A DNA stretch of 64,000 bases from an uncultured Candidatus Binatia bacterium (GCA_965221155.1 OZ244869.1:1541308-1605307), one strand, 5' to 3'; shown: positions 1 to 9,550, counted from the first letter of the stretch. Notes: generated by a model not told the origin, from the letters alone. A program made the numbers and translations.

Positions 1-52
1 CCCGGCAAACGACGCGGTGCGGGAAGCAGGCGGCGAATAGCCGGCCCATCCG

Positions 53-769
53 ATGAATGGCGAATCGAACCCTGTCGCCCTGGTTACCGGGTCCAGAAAA
101 GGAATCGGCCGGGCCTTGGTCGAGCATCTGCTCGAACGCGGGTACCAGGTGATCGGCTGCAGCCGCCAGGAAGCGGGCTGGGAAGCAGAGGGATTCCTTC
201 ACATTCAGACCGATGTGTCCGACGAAGCCCAGGTAAAGTCACTTTTTCGCGAGATCAAACGGCGCTATGGCCGGCTGGACGCGGCGATCAACAACGCGGC
301 GGTGACTTCAATGAACCACATATTGCTGACGCCGGCGGCTTCCGTGGAGAAAATGATGAACGCCAACGTCCTGGGTACTTTTCTGGTCAGCCGTGAAGCA
401 GCCAAGCTGATGCGAAAACGTAATTATGGCCGTATCGTCAACATCAGTTCGCTGGCGGTCCCCATGCGTCTGGCCGGGCAATCGGCTTACGTCGCATCCA
501 AGGCTGCCGTGGAGAGCCTTTCACAGGTCATGGCCAGGGAACTGGCGGAGTACGGAATCACCGTAAACGTGGTCGGCCCGTCCCCGATCGAGACCGACAT
601 GATCCGGGGGTTGGCGAAAGACAAGGTCGAGCACCTCATCGGCGCCATGGCCATCAAGCGGATGGGCACCTTTGCCGATGTTGCAAACGTGATGGACTTC
701 TTCCTGCGCCCGGAGAGCGGGGCGGTGACAGGGCAGGTGGTCTACCTGGGCGGGATTCCCAACGTCTGA
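53..769 (+). CDS. SDR family oxidoreductase
   Basis: 238-aa ORF; N-terminal Rossmann TGxxxGIG motif (VALVTGSRKGIGRAL), NNAA motif, catalytic S...YxxxK (YVASK). Confidence 0.85.
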   Translation: MNGESNPVALVTGSRKGIGRALVEHLLERGYQVIGCSRQEAGWEAEGFLHIQTDVSDEAQVKSLFREIKRRYGRLDAAINNAAVTSMNHILLTPAASVEKMMNANVLGTFLVSREAAKLMRKRNYGRIVNISSLAVPMRLAGQSAYVASKAAVESLSQVMARELAEYGITVNVVGPSPIETDMIRGLAKDKVEHLIGAMAIKRMGTFADVANVMDFFLRPESGAVTGQVVYLGGIPNV

Positions 770-813
770 TACCCTGACGTTTCGAGACTCACTACTCGGA
801 TGGAGCAGATGTT

Positions 814-1698
814 ATGGCACACCCGTCAACCGATCTCTTTCGCGTAACCCTTCTCGGCACCGGCGCGCCGCCGCCGAGGCTCGACCGGTTCGGGCCCAGC
901 ACCCTGGTCGAGGTGGGCGGTGAGAAGCTACTCTTCGATGCGGGGCGCGGCGCGTTGCAACGCCTGTTCCAACTCGGGATTCCCTTCGGCGATATCACCG
1001 CCATGTTTCTCACCCATCACCATTCGGACCACGTGGTGGGTTTCACCGATCTCTGGCTCACCGGCTGGATCGGCATGCCCTGGGGCAAGCGCAACGTGCC
1101 GCTCAAGGTCTGGGGACCCGAGGGCACGAACCAGATGGCCGAACATCTCCCGCTCGCTTTCGCCACCGATATCCGCGTTCGCAGCCACAGCTACCCCGCC
1201 GAAGGCGTGAAGCTGGACTCCACCGAGATTGAGGAGGGGGTCGTCTACGAATCCGGCGACATCCGGGTCACCACCTTCAAGGTCGATCACGGCGGCGAAG
1301 AACTCGATGCCTTCGGCTATCGCATCGACTTTCAAGGGCGCTCGGCCGTGCTCTCCGGCGACACCACGTTCAACGAAAACCTCATTGCCCATTCGCAGAA
1401 TGTCGATCTGCTGGTGCACGAGGTACAACACGGCATGGGCCAAGGTGTCCAGCGCGCCAACCTGGAGAGAATCCGGCGCAACCACACCATTCCGGAAGAC
1501 GCCGGCGTCGTGTTCACCCGCACCAAGCCCAAGCTCGCGGCCTACACGCATCTTCTGCTCTTCGGCGAGGCAACGCCCGACGACCTGATCCCGGCCACGC
1601 GCGGCACCTACGACGGTCCGTTGGTGGTTGGCGAAGACCTGATGCAGTTCGAGATCGGCCGTGAGGTGCGCAGCAACCAGTTTACGCCTCCGGCCTGA
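814..1698 (+). CDS. MBL-fold metallo-hydrolase (RNase Z/ElaC-like)
   Basis: 294-aa ORF; HxHxDH motif (LTHHHSDHVVGF); N-terminal LLGTGAP beta-lactamase fold signature. Confidence 0.8.
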   Translation: MAHPSTDLFRVTLLGTGAPPPRLDRFGPSTLVEVGGEKLLFDAGRGALQRLFQLGIPFGDITAMFLTHHHSDHVVGFTDLWLTGWIGMPWGKRNVPLKVWGPEGTNQMAEHLPLAFATDIRVRSHSYPAEGVKLDSTEIEEGVVYESGDIRVTTFKVDHGGEELDAFGYRIDFQGRSAVLSGDTTFNENLIAHSQNVDLLVHEVQHGMGQGVQRANLERIRRNHTIPEDAGVVFTRTKPKLAAYTHLLLFGEATPDDLIPATRGTYDGPLVVGEDLMQFEIGREVRSNQFTPPA

Positions 1699-1710
1699 AT
1701 CTCGTTCAGG

Positions 1711-2742
1711 TTACCGCGAGCGGAACTCCGCAAGGCGCGTGTGCTCCACGAGCTGCTGCATGTTTTGCAGCGTGAAGACCTTGCCCCGGGTCGAAAGAAG
1801 CAGCTTCTTCATGTCTTCGCGACGGATTCCGAAACCTCGCCCGGCGATGCAGGCTACCACTTCGAAACCAGGTTGGCCTGGTGGCTGCCCGTCCTTGCTC
1901 AGCGCGCCGAGATGTTGAACCCGCGTCACCTTGTCGCGGGCTGTGCCGTCGTCCTCGGTAAGCTTCGCCTCGATGACGACCCGCGGGTTGAACTCATTGG
2001 GAACCACGAAATCGGGTGCCTGGTCGAAGCCGGGTAGACTTTCCGCCCGCTTGGTCTTGCGAAAGCTTATGCCGGCGCGGGACAGGACGTCCTCGATGGC
2101 GTTCTCGACAACGTTACCGACGAGCTCGCTGATAGAGTCCCGATGTCCCGCAAACGGCCGGCCTAGCAGACGCTCGTAAAGCAATATGGGGTAGGGAACG
2201 CCCATATCCGCCAATGATTGGAGGCCGGTGAGCCCAGCCCTTGTATCGGCCTTGTCGAACCTGTGGAGCTCACCGGACGAGCTTTCGGGAGCGCCCGATT
2301 GGAGGATATGACAGGCTGCGGCGATCAGCGCGTGAATGCGCCGTTCCGTGACGCCTCCACTTCGTGGCAAAGCCGCCTCAGGCTTCATGCGGATCTTCCG
2401 GTCGACGGTTCGTGCCGCGCTTTGAGGGACCGCCACGCCGGCGTGCCGGCTCGCGTAGTAGGCCCACTCCGGCGGCGTGAACCCCAGCATACAGCGAAGG
2501 ACAATCAGTGAAATCGGGACCTCAAAGACCACCGGCCCGACCCTTTCCGGCGTGACGTCCTGGAATCCGCTGGTGGCGGGCTTCAACGCTTCATATCCGG
2601 CGTCGAAGGTAGAGAATTCAACGAAACCCGTGCCTTTCGGCATGACCAGAAACTCGGATTCCAGACACCCGAACACGGCGTCGACGTACTCGTCAAGATT
2701 GGATTGGACCTCATCGAAGCCGACCTCAAAAGGGAATGGCAC
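1711..2742 (-). CDS. PD-(D/E)xK nuclease-like protein, putative restriction endonuclease partner of the DUF1156 methyltransferase
   Basis: 343-aa ORF; D...E-A-K motif (PDFVVPNEF...VVIEAKL); start overlaps the stop of the upstream methyltransferase gene by 17 nt on the same strand. Confidence 0.45.
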   Translation of the reverse strand: MPFPFEVGFDEVQSNLDEYVDAVFGCLESEFLVMPKGTGFVEFSTFDAGYEALKPATSGFQDVTPERVGPVVFEVPISLIVLRCMLGFTPPEWAYYASRHAGVAVPQSAARTVDRKIRMKPEAALPRSGGVTERRIHALIAAACHILQSGAPESSSGELHRFDKADTRAGLTGLQSLADMGVPYPILLYERLLGRPFAGHRDSISELVGNVVENAIEDVLSRAGISFRKTKRAESLPGFDQAPDFVVPNEFNPRVVIEAKLTEDDGTARDKVTRVQHLGALSKDGQPPGQPGFEVVACIAGRGFGIRREDMKKLLLSTRGKVFTLQNMQQLVEHTRLAEFRSR

Positions 2743-4918
2743 TGTACGCCTCCTCTTCGGATGCGTCCGCCACGTACAAGGACCCCTGTAAGGGTACCCT
2801 TGGTTGGTCGGTTGCTACGCGCTCCACGAGTTGCTCCGCCGTTCCAAAGGCAAAAACAGCCTCGGCAAAAGCCGCCAGCTTCTTCTTCGTGGGCAATCCG
2901 CAGTTCCAGCGCTTACGGAGTTTCCACACTGCCATGCGGGTAAGGTGGCCAAAAACGATGCATCGCCGGTCGCCGTAGGTGGGCGTTCGGCCGGCGCTCT
3001 CCAGCCTTTCCAAATCATCCGTTACGATGGCAGCGAGTTGCTCCGGTGTTTCGAACAGCCAGCGCGCCGGTGTCGCACCCGACGCTCGACACACGAAGAC
3101 GGTGTCGATGATGGACGACGCCGTGCCGTGGATATGGATCGAGCCGCCCATCTCCGCGGGGCAGGGCAGTGACGCGGAACAGACAAGGCCTGCATCCAGG
3201 ATCGCCACGCCGATTGCGTAGTAGGCTTCCAGCTTGTTGTGATGGTAGGTGAAAACCAGGGGAGCACCGGGCTTCAGGCCACCGGCCATGCGCGTATAGA
3301 CTGCGGACAGCCCTTCGGTGAAATGCTCCAGGCCGCGTTCCTGGGTGACGTTGCCCGTCAACTCGCCCGGCGAACGCGTGGATGGACGGTCGAACCCCTC
3401 GGCCTTGTTCCCAACCAGACGGCGCAGCCAGACATAGCAGAAATCCATCAATTCGCCGTACTGGACGTTACCGAAATAGGGCGGGTCCGTGAACACGGCA
3501 TCAAGGCTTCCCGGCGCCATCTCGACACCCGCGGCGTCCTCACAACGAATGGCGACCTCCCTGCGGATGCCGTTGAGCTTCTCGCCGATCCACTCGCCTT
3601 CGATAGGAATCCTGACTTTGCGCGTGCCTTGGCGTCGAACCTCGAACGGGGCACTGCAATAGCGCTTCGCCTTCACGTACTTGTCAACGATGTTGGACCA
3701 GCCGCCGGACCCGACATTGGAGCCACCCCCGTTGGCAATACCCAGAAAATTGGACTCGCACTGCACCAACCCCACGGGAAAACCGTGCACGGAGAAGATA
3801 TCCAGTGACTTCAGGGCCATGGTGTCATAGCGGCACAGCATATTCTGGTAACGCAGCAGGTCCGAGAGGTTCGTCGCGAGCGCGTGCCGGATGCGACGGT
3901 TCTTGGTTTCGGAGATCAACAGGCAGCTCAGCTCCAGCCCGAGGAGTTGACGTGGATTGAACATGTCCCTGTAGTGGCCATAGCCCCATCGATGCAGCCG
4001 GTCGGTTTCGTCTCCAGGCAGAATCTCTTGGTCCGGGACGAAGCGGGTGACCGTCTGCTGCCATCGCTCGGTCGCCTCAGCCATGCGCGCAACGTCTTCG
4101 GCATCGGGTTTCTTGAAGAAACGGCCCTTGTGACCCGCTTTCCGCTTCGGGTTGTAGTACTCGATGGCGAAAAGGCGGTGCTCAAGGGGGCGCCGAGCCT
4201 CTCCGGGATAGCCATTGGAGTGTCCACAGTGGGGGCAGTCGCAACGTCCCCGGCGTGCGGGTCCGGTTTGGGCAAGCGCAGTTCTGCATGTGGCGCAATC
4301 TCCAGGGTTCGTGCGATCAGCGACCTCGTTGAGGTCCCCGCAAGCCGAACAGATAAGGACGTTCTTCGGGTGGCGCCTGTTCTCGGCAAGAAGGTACCCC
4401 GGGAAAAGGTCCAGAGGTTTTCTACAGGCTTCGCAATCCAGCACCTTGACCCACAGAAAGGATTTCACAGGCACATCGGCGTCGCCGTAGAGGGGGCACG
4501 AGGTCTGGTAGAATTGGCCGATGTCCGTGCGTAGGGCGGCAATGAGAGAGCGGGCGGCCCGTTCATATGCCGCAATGTCGAGATGCTCGATTTCCTCGCG
4601 CACGATCCAGGCCGACATCGGGTTGATATCGAAGCCTTCAACGGCGCAACCAAGGCGGTTCGCCTCGATCAACGGCGTCCCGCCGCCCATGAAAGGGTCC
4701 GCGATCCGGATTCCCGAGAAGTCGTTTGATCGGGAAAAGGCGTCTTCCAGGGGATCTTCCCCAAACTCCGAGAGCATCAGGCCGCGAAACAAAGTCCCCG
4801 GACGGCGGGCAAACCACTTGTGAACGCCAATGATGGGACGATAGTTCTGCTGGATCTGCTTCTCCCTGAGCGCCATCTCGGCGACCAGAGAAACATCGAA
4901 ACGCCGCTCGATGCTCAT
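2726..4918 (-). CDS. DUF1156-type N6-adenine DNA methyltransferase
   Basis: 730-aa ORF; N-terminal DUF1156 signature (HKWFARRPGTLFR); DPPY catalytic motif (AVFTDPPYFGNVQY); several CxxC zinc-ribbon pairs. Confidence 0.7.
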   Translation of the reverse strand: MSIERRFDVSLVAEMALREKQIQQNYRPIIGVHKWFARRPGTLFRGLMLSEFGEDPLEDAFSRSNDFSGIRIADPFMGGGTPLIEANRLGCAVEGFDINPMSAWIVREEIEHLDIAAYERAARSLIAALRTDIGQFYQTSCPLYGDADVPVKSFLWVKVLDCEACRKPLDLFPGYLLAENRRHPKNVLICSACGDLNEVADRTNPGDCATCRTALAQTGPARRGRCDCPHCGHSNGYPGEARRPLEHRLFAIEYYNPKRKAGHKGRFFKKPDAEDVARMAEATERWQQTVTRFVPDQEILPGDETDRLHRWGYGHYRDMFNPRQLLGLELSCLLISETKNRRIRHALATNLSDLLRYQNMLCRYDTMALKSLDIFSVHGFPVGLVQCESNFLGIANGGGSNVGSGGWSNIVDKYVKAKRYCSAPFEVRRQGTRKVRIPIEGEWIGEKLNGIRREVAIRCEDAAGVEMAPGSLDAVFTDPPYFGNVQYGELMDFCYVWLRRLVGNKAEGFDRPSTRSPGELTGNVTQERGLEHFTEGLSAVYTRMAGGLKPGAPLVFTYHHNKLEAYYAIGVAILDAGLVCSASLPCPAEMGGSIHIHGTASSIIDTVFVCRASGATPARWLFETPEQLAAIVTDDLERLESAGRTPTYGDRRCIVFGHLTRMAVWKLRKRWNCGLPTKKKLAAFAEAVFAFGTAEQLVERVATDQPRVPLQGSLYVADASEEEAYSAIPF

Positions 4919-5099
4919 TGATGTCCCTCACCGTCCGTTTCGATGTTGAACGCCAAGGTCAGCGACCGCCAAGCATTCGTGGCCCCAATGCGCCTGCGTG
5001 TCACACGCGGGTTTCTGCGGTCTATCTATCCTTATCGGCAGGTCGGGTATTGAGCGCCACTTCAACACCTGGGATCCGTCCCCCGAGTCCACCATTCCC

Positions 5100-5636
5100 T
5101 CACAGTCCGGCCAAGGCATTGAGCTTGAGTTGGTCCGGTCGGGCCAGTCGGCGCTTATGGCTACGAAGCTCCAGGCCGGCGTTGAAGGCCGCGAGGACCT
5201 CATCGTCCGCAGTTGCCAATTCTTCACCAAGGTGCTTTGTGAGCCAGTGTGCCACGTCTGACCAGCGCCACAATCGGTAGCGGTTTCGGGGGTCGGTGAC
5301 CGGTGGTGGGAACCCGCCCGGGCCGCGTGCTCCAGTGATCAGTAGCCGTATCCCTTCTCGGGTTCGTCCGATACGCGCGGCGATGTCCGCCATGGAGACG
5401 AAGCCTGCGTCGGCGATCCGCACCACGGCGACGCCGTTGATGTGTTCCAGGTCGGCCACTGCCGAGATGATGGCTTGGTCGAGGCTGGCAGCCTCCCGGT
5501 CGAAGTCGACATACTGGATACCGTCGACCCGGCCGACCGCAGCATCGTCACATCCCGCCTTGAAGACCGCGTCTATAAGGGCATCGTCCTGCAAGTCGGG
5601 ACCGTCCACGATCAGAGTGAAGTGATGAATCGGCAT
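5100..5636 (-). CDS. hypothetical protein with putative helix-turn-helix
   Basis: 178-aa ORF; HTH-like segment VSMADIAARIGRTREGIRLLITG; first gene of the minus-strand unit ending in the nuclease; divergent from the methyltransferase at 5951. Confidence 0.35.
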   Translation of the reverse strand: MPIHHFTLIVDGPDLQDDALIDAVFKAGCDDAAVGRVDGIQYVDFDREAASLDQAIISAVADLEHINGVAVVRIADAGFVSMADIAARIGRTREGIRLLITGARGPGGFPPPVTDPRNRYRLWRWSDVAHWLTKHLGEELATADDEVLAAFNAGLELRSHKRRLARPDQLKLNALAGL

Positions 5637-5950
5637 TTTAAGGTTTCCCCGTCATTCTCGTACTATTTGTGTGGGCACCGTCTGATGAAGCATGCACTTT
5701 CTACATCCTTCTTCGGATGCCTCGCCCTTGCCACGTTGACACGATACAACGGACACAAGGCATTGTCCAGCCTGATACACTTGGCAAGAAAGACACCCGG
5801 TGCGGATGCTTTGTTGCGGCGGCGCAAGGTAGCGCGTAGTTCTGGTAGGCCCCTTCCGTTTCGGGCTTCCGTGGTTCCAGAAGCCCATGAAGGCCATTGC
5901 CATTGCGGTGAGATCTGATAAGGATATTCGGATCAACGACAGGGGACAGG

Positions 5951-6961
5951 ATGACCTCCGACAACCAACTCGACGCCTTCGTTCCCGACGTATTTCGAAC
6001 CCTGAAGGATCCCGCGCGGGATCTGCCTCGGCTCGCCAAGGATCCATCTGCGATGACGGCCCTCGACGCCGCCATACGCCGAATCCCCACACGGCATGAA
6101 CTGTTATTGGGAGACGCCCGCCATGCGAGCTTTCCCGCCGGGTCGGTCCACTTGGTGGTGACGTCGCCTCCCTACTGGACACTCAAGGAATATCGCCGCA
6201 GCGAGGGCCAACTGGGCTGGATCGAGGACTACGGCGAGTTTCTGGAACACCTCGACGATGTCTGGCGCATGTGCCACAGGGCGCTGACCCCCGGCGGGCG
6301 TCTCGTCTGTGTGGTTGGTGACGTCTGCCTTTCCAGACGGAAGAACTCCGGACGACATACGGTCGTGCCTCTCCACGCGTCCATACAGGAGCGATGTCGG
6401 AAGCTTGGGTTCGATAACTTGGCCCCGATTATCTGGAGCAAGATCGCCAACGCTGCTTACGAGGTCGATCGGGGGGCCGGGGGATTTCTGGGAAAACCTT
6501 ACGAGCCCAACGCCGTTATCAAGAACGACATCGAGTTCATCCTGATGCAGAGAAAGCCGGGGGGATATCGAAAACCCTCCACGGCGGCCAGGACTTTGAG
6601 CTTACTCCCCAGGGAGTATTTTCAGAGGCTTTTTCGCCAGGTATGGACCGACATAAAGGGTGCCTCTACACGGAAACATCCCGCGCCCTATCCGGTGGAG
6701 TTGGCTGAACGGCTGATCCGCATGTTCAGCTTTGTAGGCGATACGGTGCTCGATCCTTTCACCGGAACCGCCTCGACGCAGATCGCGGCCGCCGCCTGTG
6801 GCCGGAACAGCGTGGGCATCGAAGTCGATCCGGTCTACATGGAGGCGGCGCTGAGTCGGCTCCAAAACGAGACCAGCGATCTATTGAAAGAAGTTCAAAT
6901 CAACACCGGCAAGATTGCCGGGAGCCCGGCCATTTCGCAGAAGGACGCCGTGACCGGATAA
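5951..6961 (+). CDS. site-specific DNA methyltransferase (N4/N6 domain, beta-class)
   Basis: 336-aa ORF; SPPY motif (VVTSPPYWTLKEY) preceding a C-terminal AdoMet-binding LDPFTGTAST motif. Confidence 0.8.
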   Translation: MTSDNQLDAFVPDVFRTLKDPARDLPRLAKDPSAMTALDAAIRRIPTRHELLLGDARHASFPAGSVHLVVTSPPYWTLKEYRRSEGQLGWIEDYGEFLEHLDDVWRMCHRALTPGGRLVCVVGDVCLSRRKNSGRHTVVPLHASIQERCRKLGFDNLAPIIWSKIANAAYEVDRGAGGFLGKPYEPNAVIKNDIEFILMQRKPGGYRKPSTAARTLSLLPREYFQRLFRQVWTDIKGASTRKHPAPYPVELAERLIRMFSFVGDTVLDPFTGTASTQIAAAACGRNSVGIEVDPVYMEAALSRLQNETSDLLKEVQINTGKIAGSPAISQKDAVTG

Positions 6962-7079
6962 TCCCACGTCGTAATGTGCACCTAAACATGATCTCCCCCG
7001 ATGATGCGGTCCAAGACCTCTACCGGATAGCGGTTGTCCAAGGCAAGCGCGAAAGCTACCGGTCTGCCCGGCGAGCTGC

Positions 7080-7520
7080 TCAAGCGCAACACTTGGTGGA
7101 TGCGCGGCCGTTGCCACCGCTGCGCGGGTGGCTGCGTAGTGTGGTGCCGTGAAGCTGTTCGGCATCCCCCGATTTCACGTACCACTCCCAGCGCACGTCA
7201 TCGGGATCGCTGATCCAGGTCTCCGTCTTCTCGGCGAAGCAGCAGGTGGTGTCGTCGACGCCCGTGGTCTCGATCCCGGCCGTGCTCAGGCGCCGCTCGG
7301 CCGACAGGACCTCCACTGCGGTATCCACCTCGACCCCGAGATGATTGAGCGTGGCCCCCTTCGGACCTTCGAAGAGCACCAGTTTCAGGGGCGGATCGGC
7401 GATCGCGAAGTTCGCATAGCCGGATTTCACCTTTGCCGGCGTGGCGCCGAACATCCTGGAATAGAACTCGATGGCCTTTTCGAGATCGGTGACGTTGATC
7501 GCAAGCTGTAGTCGAGACAT
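7080..7520 (-). CDS. ArsI/CadI-family VOC (glyoxalase-fold) metalloenzyme
   Basis: VOC fold; vicinal cysteine pair TCCF followed by W..DPD; AGGAGA RBS before ATG at 7520 (the track ORF extends to 7619, so the start was trimmed); immediately downstream of arsR. Confidence 0.65.
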   Translation of the reverse strand: MSRLQLAINVTDLEKAIEFYSRMFGATPAKVKSGYANFAIADPPLKLVLFEGPKGATLNHLGVEVDTAVEVLSAERRLSTAGIETTGVDDTTCCFAEKTETWISDPDDVRWEWYVKSGDAEQLHGTTLRSHPRSGGNGRASTKCCA

Positions 7521-7582
7521 GTGGTTCTCCTTTGGGTTACGGTTTGGGCATGCTTCGTTTGGCCGAGCGGACCGTGCCACGC

Positions 7583-7888
7583 TCAGCCGCATTCCTCGCG
7601 GTCGATGCCGGCGCAGCACTCGGACGTCAGGAAGGCCAACAGTCCGCTCATGGCCGCGTAGTCCACGCGAGAGACGATCTCGCGTCCCCGCTGCTCCTGG
7701 ACGATGAGCCCAGCCTGGACCAGGGACGTCAGATGATGCGCCAGCGTGGATGCCGGCACATCAAGCAAACTCCGCAACGCACCAACGTTCAGACCTGGTT
7801 CCCCCGCACGCACAAGCAGGCGGTAGAGGCGCAAACGGGTCAGATTGCCCAATGCGGCGAGGCTATCGGCTGCCTGGTGATCTTGCAT
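7583..7888 (-). CDS. arsR: ArsR/SmtB family metalloregulator
   Basis: 101-aa ORF; wHTH (LTRLRLYRLLVRAGEPGLNVGALRSLLDVPASTLAHHL); C-terminal CC metal-site motif. Confidence 0.85.
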   Translation of the reverse strand: MQDHQAADSLAALGNLTRLRLYRLLVRAGEPGLNVGALRSLLDVPASTLAHHLTSLVQAGLIVQEQRGREIVSRVDYAAMSGLLAFLTSECCAGIDREECG

Positions 7889-7901
7889 GGTTCGTTCTTA
7901 G

Positions 7902-7935
7902 CAACTAAATAACTATATTACTAGTTATTTAGTTG
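7902..7935. promoter_or_regulatory. ArsR-type operator: perfect 14-bp inverted repeat
   Basis: CAACTAAATAACTA-N6-TAGTTATTTAGTTG, AT-rich, 14 bp upstream of the arsR start codon; ArsR/SmtB repressors bind imperfect 12-2-12 dyads in their own promoters. Confidence 0.5.
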
Positions 7936-8080
7936 TCGGGGTATCGGATGTCAAGCCCCATGTCATTGAAATCACCCTGAGAATGTGGTTCGGGGATAGG
8001 ATTGAAGGATCTGCGAACTCAGGTCCAGGTCGCATCACTGGCCCCCAGCCGTCAACAAACGCTCCTGGAAGGAGACAGAC

Positions 8081-9058
8081 TTGGCCCAGACACAGGCAAC
8101 CGACGGACCCCGTGGCGTCACCCTCGACGTCGCCAGCAACTACTACCCGTTCTTCGGCTCCCTCATGAGCGGACGCCACCAGGCGTACGGCCTGGACATG
8201 CGCTGGCACTACGTGGACCCGCCGAACAAGCTCTTTCGGCAGGTGCTGAAGTCGCCGAGATACGACGTCACGGAGCTGTCCCTGTCCAGCTATACGATGA
8301 TGCGGGAACAGGGGTGGCGTGCCTACAAGGCGTTCCCGATCTTCACTTCACGCCGGTTCCGCCATTCGGCGCTGTTCGTGAGGGCCGGCAGCAGGCTGGT
8401 GAGCGGGGAGCAACTCAAGGGCCGGCGGGTGGGGGTGCCGGACTTCCACATGACCGCGGCGGTGTGGATCCGGGGTATTCTCCAGGAGGATTTCGGCGTC
8501 AAGCCCGAGGACATCCGCTGGTTCACCGGCCGGGTGGAGCGCGTCAAGCTGCCGGCCGCCATCGCCGACAAGGTGGTGTACGTCGGCAAGGAGGCGCGGC
8601 TCTTCGACTGGCTGCTGGAAAAGAAGCTCGACGCGGTGATCTACGCCCACTTGACCAGGCCGCCCGTGCCCGACGGCGCCGTGCGATGCCTTTTCCCGGA
8701 TGCGGTGCAGCAGGAAAAGAAGTACTTCCAAAAGCACGGCGTCATTCCGATCATGCACCTGATGGCTCTCAAGGAGAAGCACTTGGAGAAAGGGCTGGGG
8801 ATCGCCCGCAAGGTGGAGCGCGTGCTCAGGAAAGAGAAGGAGTCCTTCTTCAAGCGGCTGGATATGGTGAGCTCGGCCGGGGTGCTTCCCTGGTTCTCCG
8901 AGTACGTGGAGGACACCACCGGAGTCCTCGGCCGCGACCCGTGGCCCCACGGCATCGAGGCCAACCGCAAGGGTCTGGAGAAGTTCCTGGATTACTCCAT
9001 TGCCCAGGGCCTGATCTCGCGGAGGCCCGATTTGAGTGAGTTGTTCATCGACGTGTGA
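8081..9058 (+). CDS. NMT1/THI5-like periplasmic-binding-fold protein (4,5-dihydroxyphthalate decarboxylase-like)
   Basis: 325-aa ORF; remembered resemblance to SsuA/THI5/PhtD-like proteins; adjacent to aromatic dioxygenase genes. Confidence 0.4.
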   Translation: MAQTQATDGPRGVTLDVASNYYPFFGSLMSGRHQAYGLDMRWHYVDPPNKLFRQVLKSPRYDVTELSLSSYTMMREQGWRAYKAFPIFTSRRFRHSALFVRAGSRLVSGEQLKGRRVGVPDFHMTAAVWIRGILQEDFGVKPEDIRWFTGRVERVKLPAAIADKVVYVGKEARLFDWLLEKKLDAVIYAHLTRPPVPDGAVRCLFPDAVQQEKKYFQKHGVIPIMHLMALKEKHLEKGLGIARKVERVLRKEKESFFKRLDMVSSAGVLPWFSEYVEDTTGVLGRDPWPHGIEANRKGLEKFLDYSIAQGLISRRPDLSELFIDV

Positions 9059-9482
9059 CGAGTCCGCCGGCCGTGGCGGGCTCCGGCCCTTTTCGTGAGC
9101 CTATGGACACGTTCCCGGCGGCAATGAAGGGACCTGCCGCCACCAGTTTCTTGTTCCGGGCATCGACTCTCAGGTTGAGTCCCTCCAGCGTACGCGCGCC
9201 CAGCAACTGAAGGTCGCCTTTTTGCGCGAAAACCACCTCGTCCGTGGTGAACTCCTTGCCCACGCGAATGACGGCGAATCCGATGGACCGCGTTATCTCC
9301 TGACCATTGGCCATGACAAATCGCCGGTCCGGCTTTTCGGGCTCGACGCCGATTTTGTCCAGGTGCTTGTGATGGATCCAGGTCAACTCGCTACCCGTAT
9401 CGACCATGACTTTCGACACCCGCACGGAACGGGTCCTATCCTGCTGATTTTCGAGCGAGCATCCTACACTGAAAAGTCCCAT
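9045..9482 (-). CDS. retropepsin-like (clan AA) aspartic protease
   Basis: 145-aa ORF; DTGS catalytic motif (VMVDTGSELTWI); GGAAAGG RBS 9 nt before ATG. Confidence 0.6.
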   Translation of the reverse strand: MGLFSVGCSLENQQDRTRSVRVSKVMVDTGSELTWIHHKHLDKIGVEPEKPDRRFVMANGQEITRSIGFAVIRVGKEFTTDEVVFAQKGDLQLLGARTLEGLNLRVDARNKKLVAAGPFIAAGNVSIGSRKGPEPATAGGLVTRR

Positions 9483-9516
9483 GACGGTTCACCTTTCCTC
9501 TGCGCCCACGGATGGG

Positions 9517-9550
9517 CAACTGACCGGATTTACGTAAATTCGGTCAGTTG
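9517..9550. promoter_or_regulatory. 34-bp near-perfect palindrome (candidate operator or terminator)
   Basis: CAACTGACCGGATTTACGTAAATTCGGTCAGTTG; 16 of 17 arm positions pair; AT-rich core ATTTACGTAAAT; 35 bp upstream of the protease start and downstream of the dioxygenase beta gene. Confidence 0.35.
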
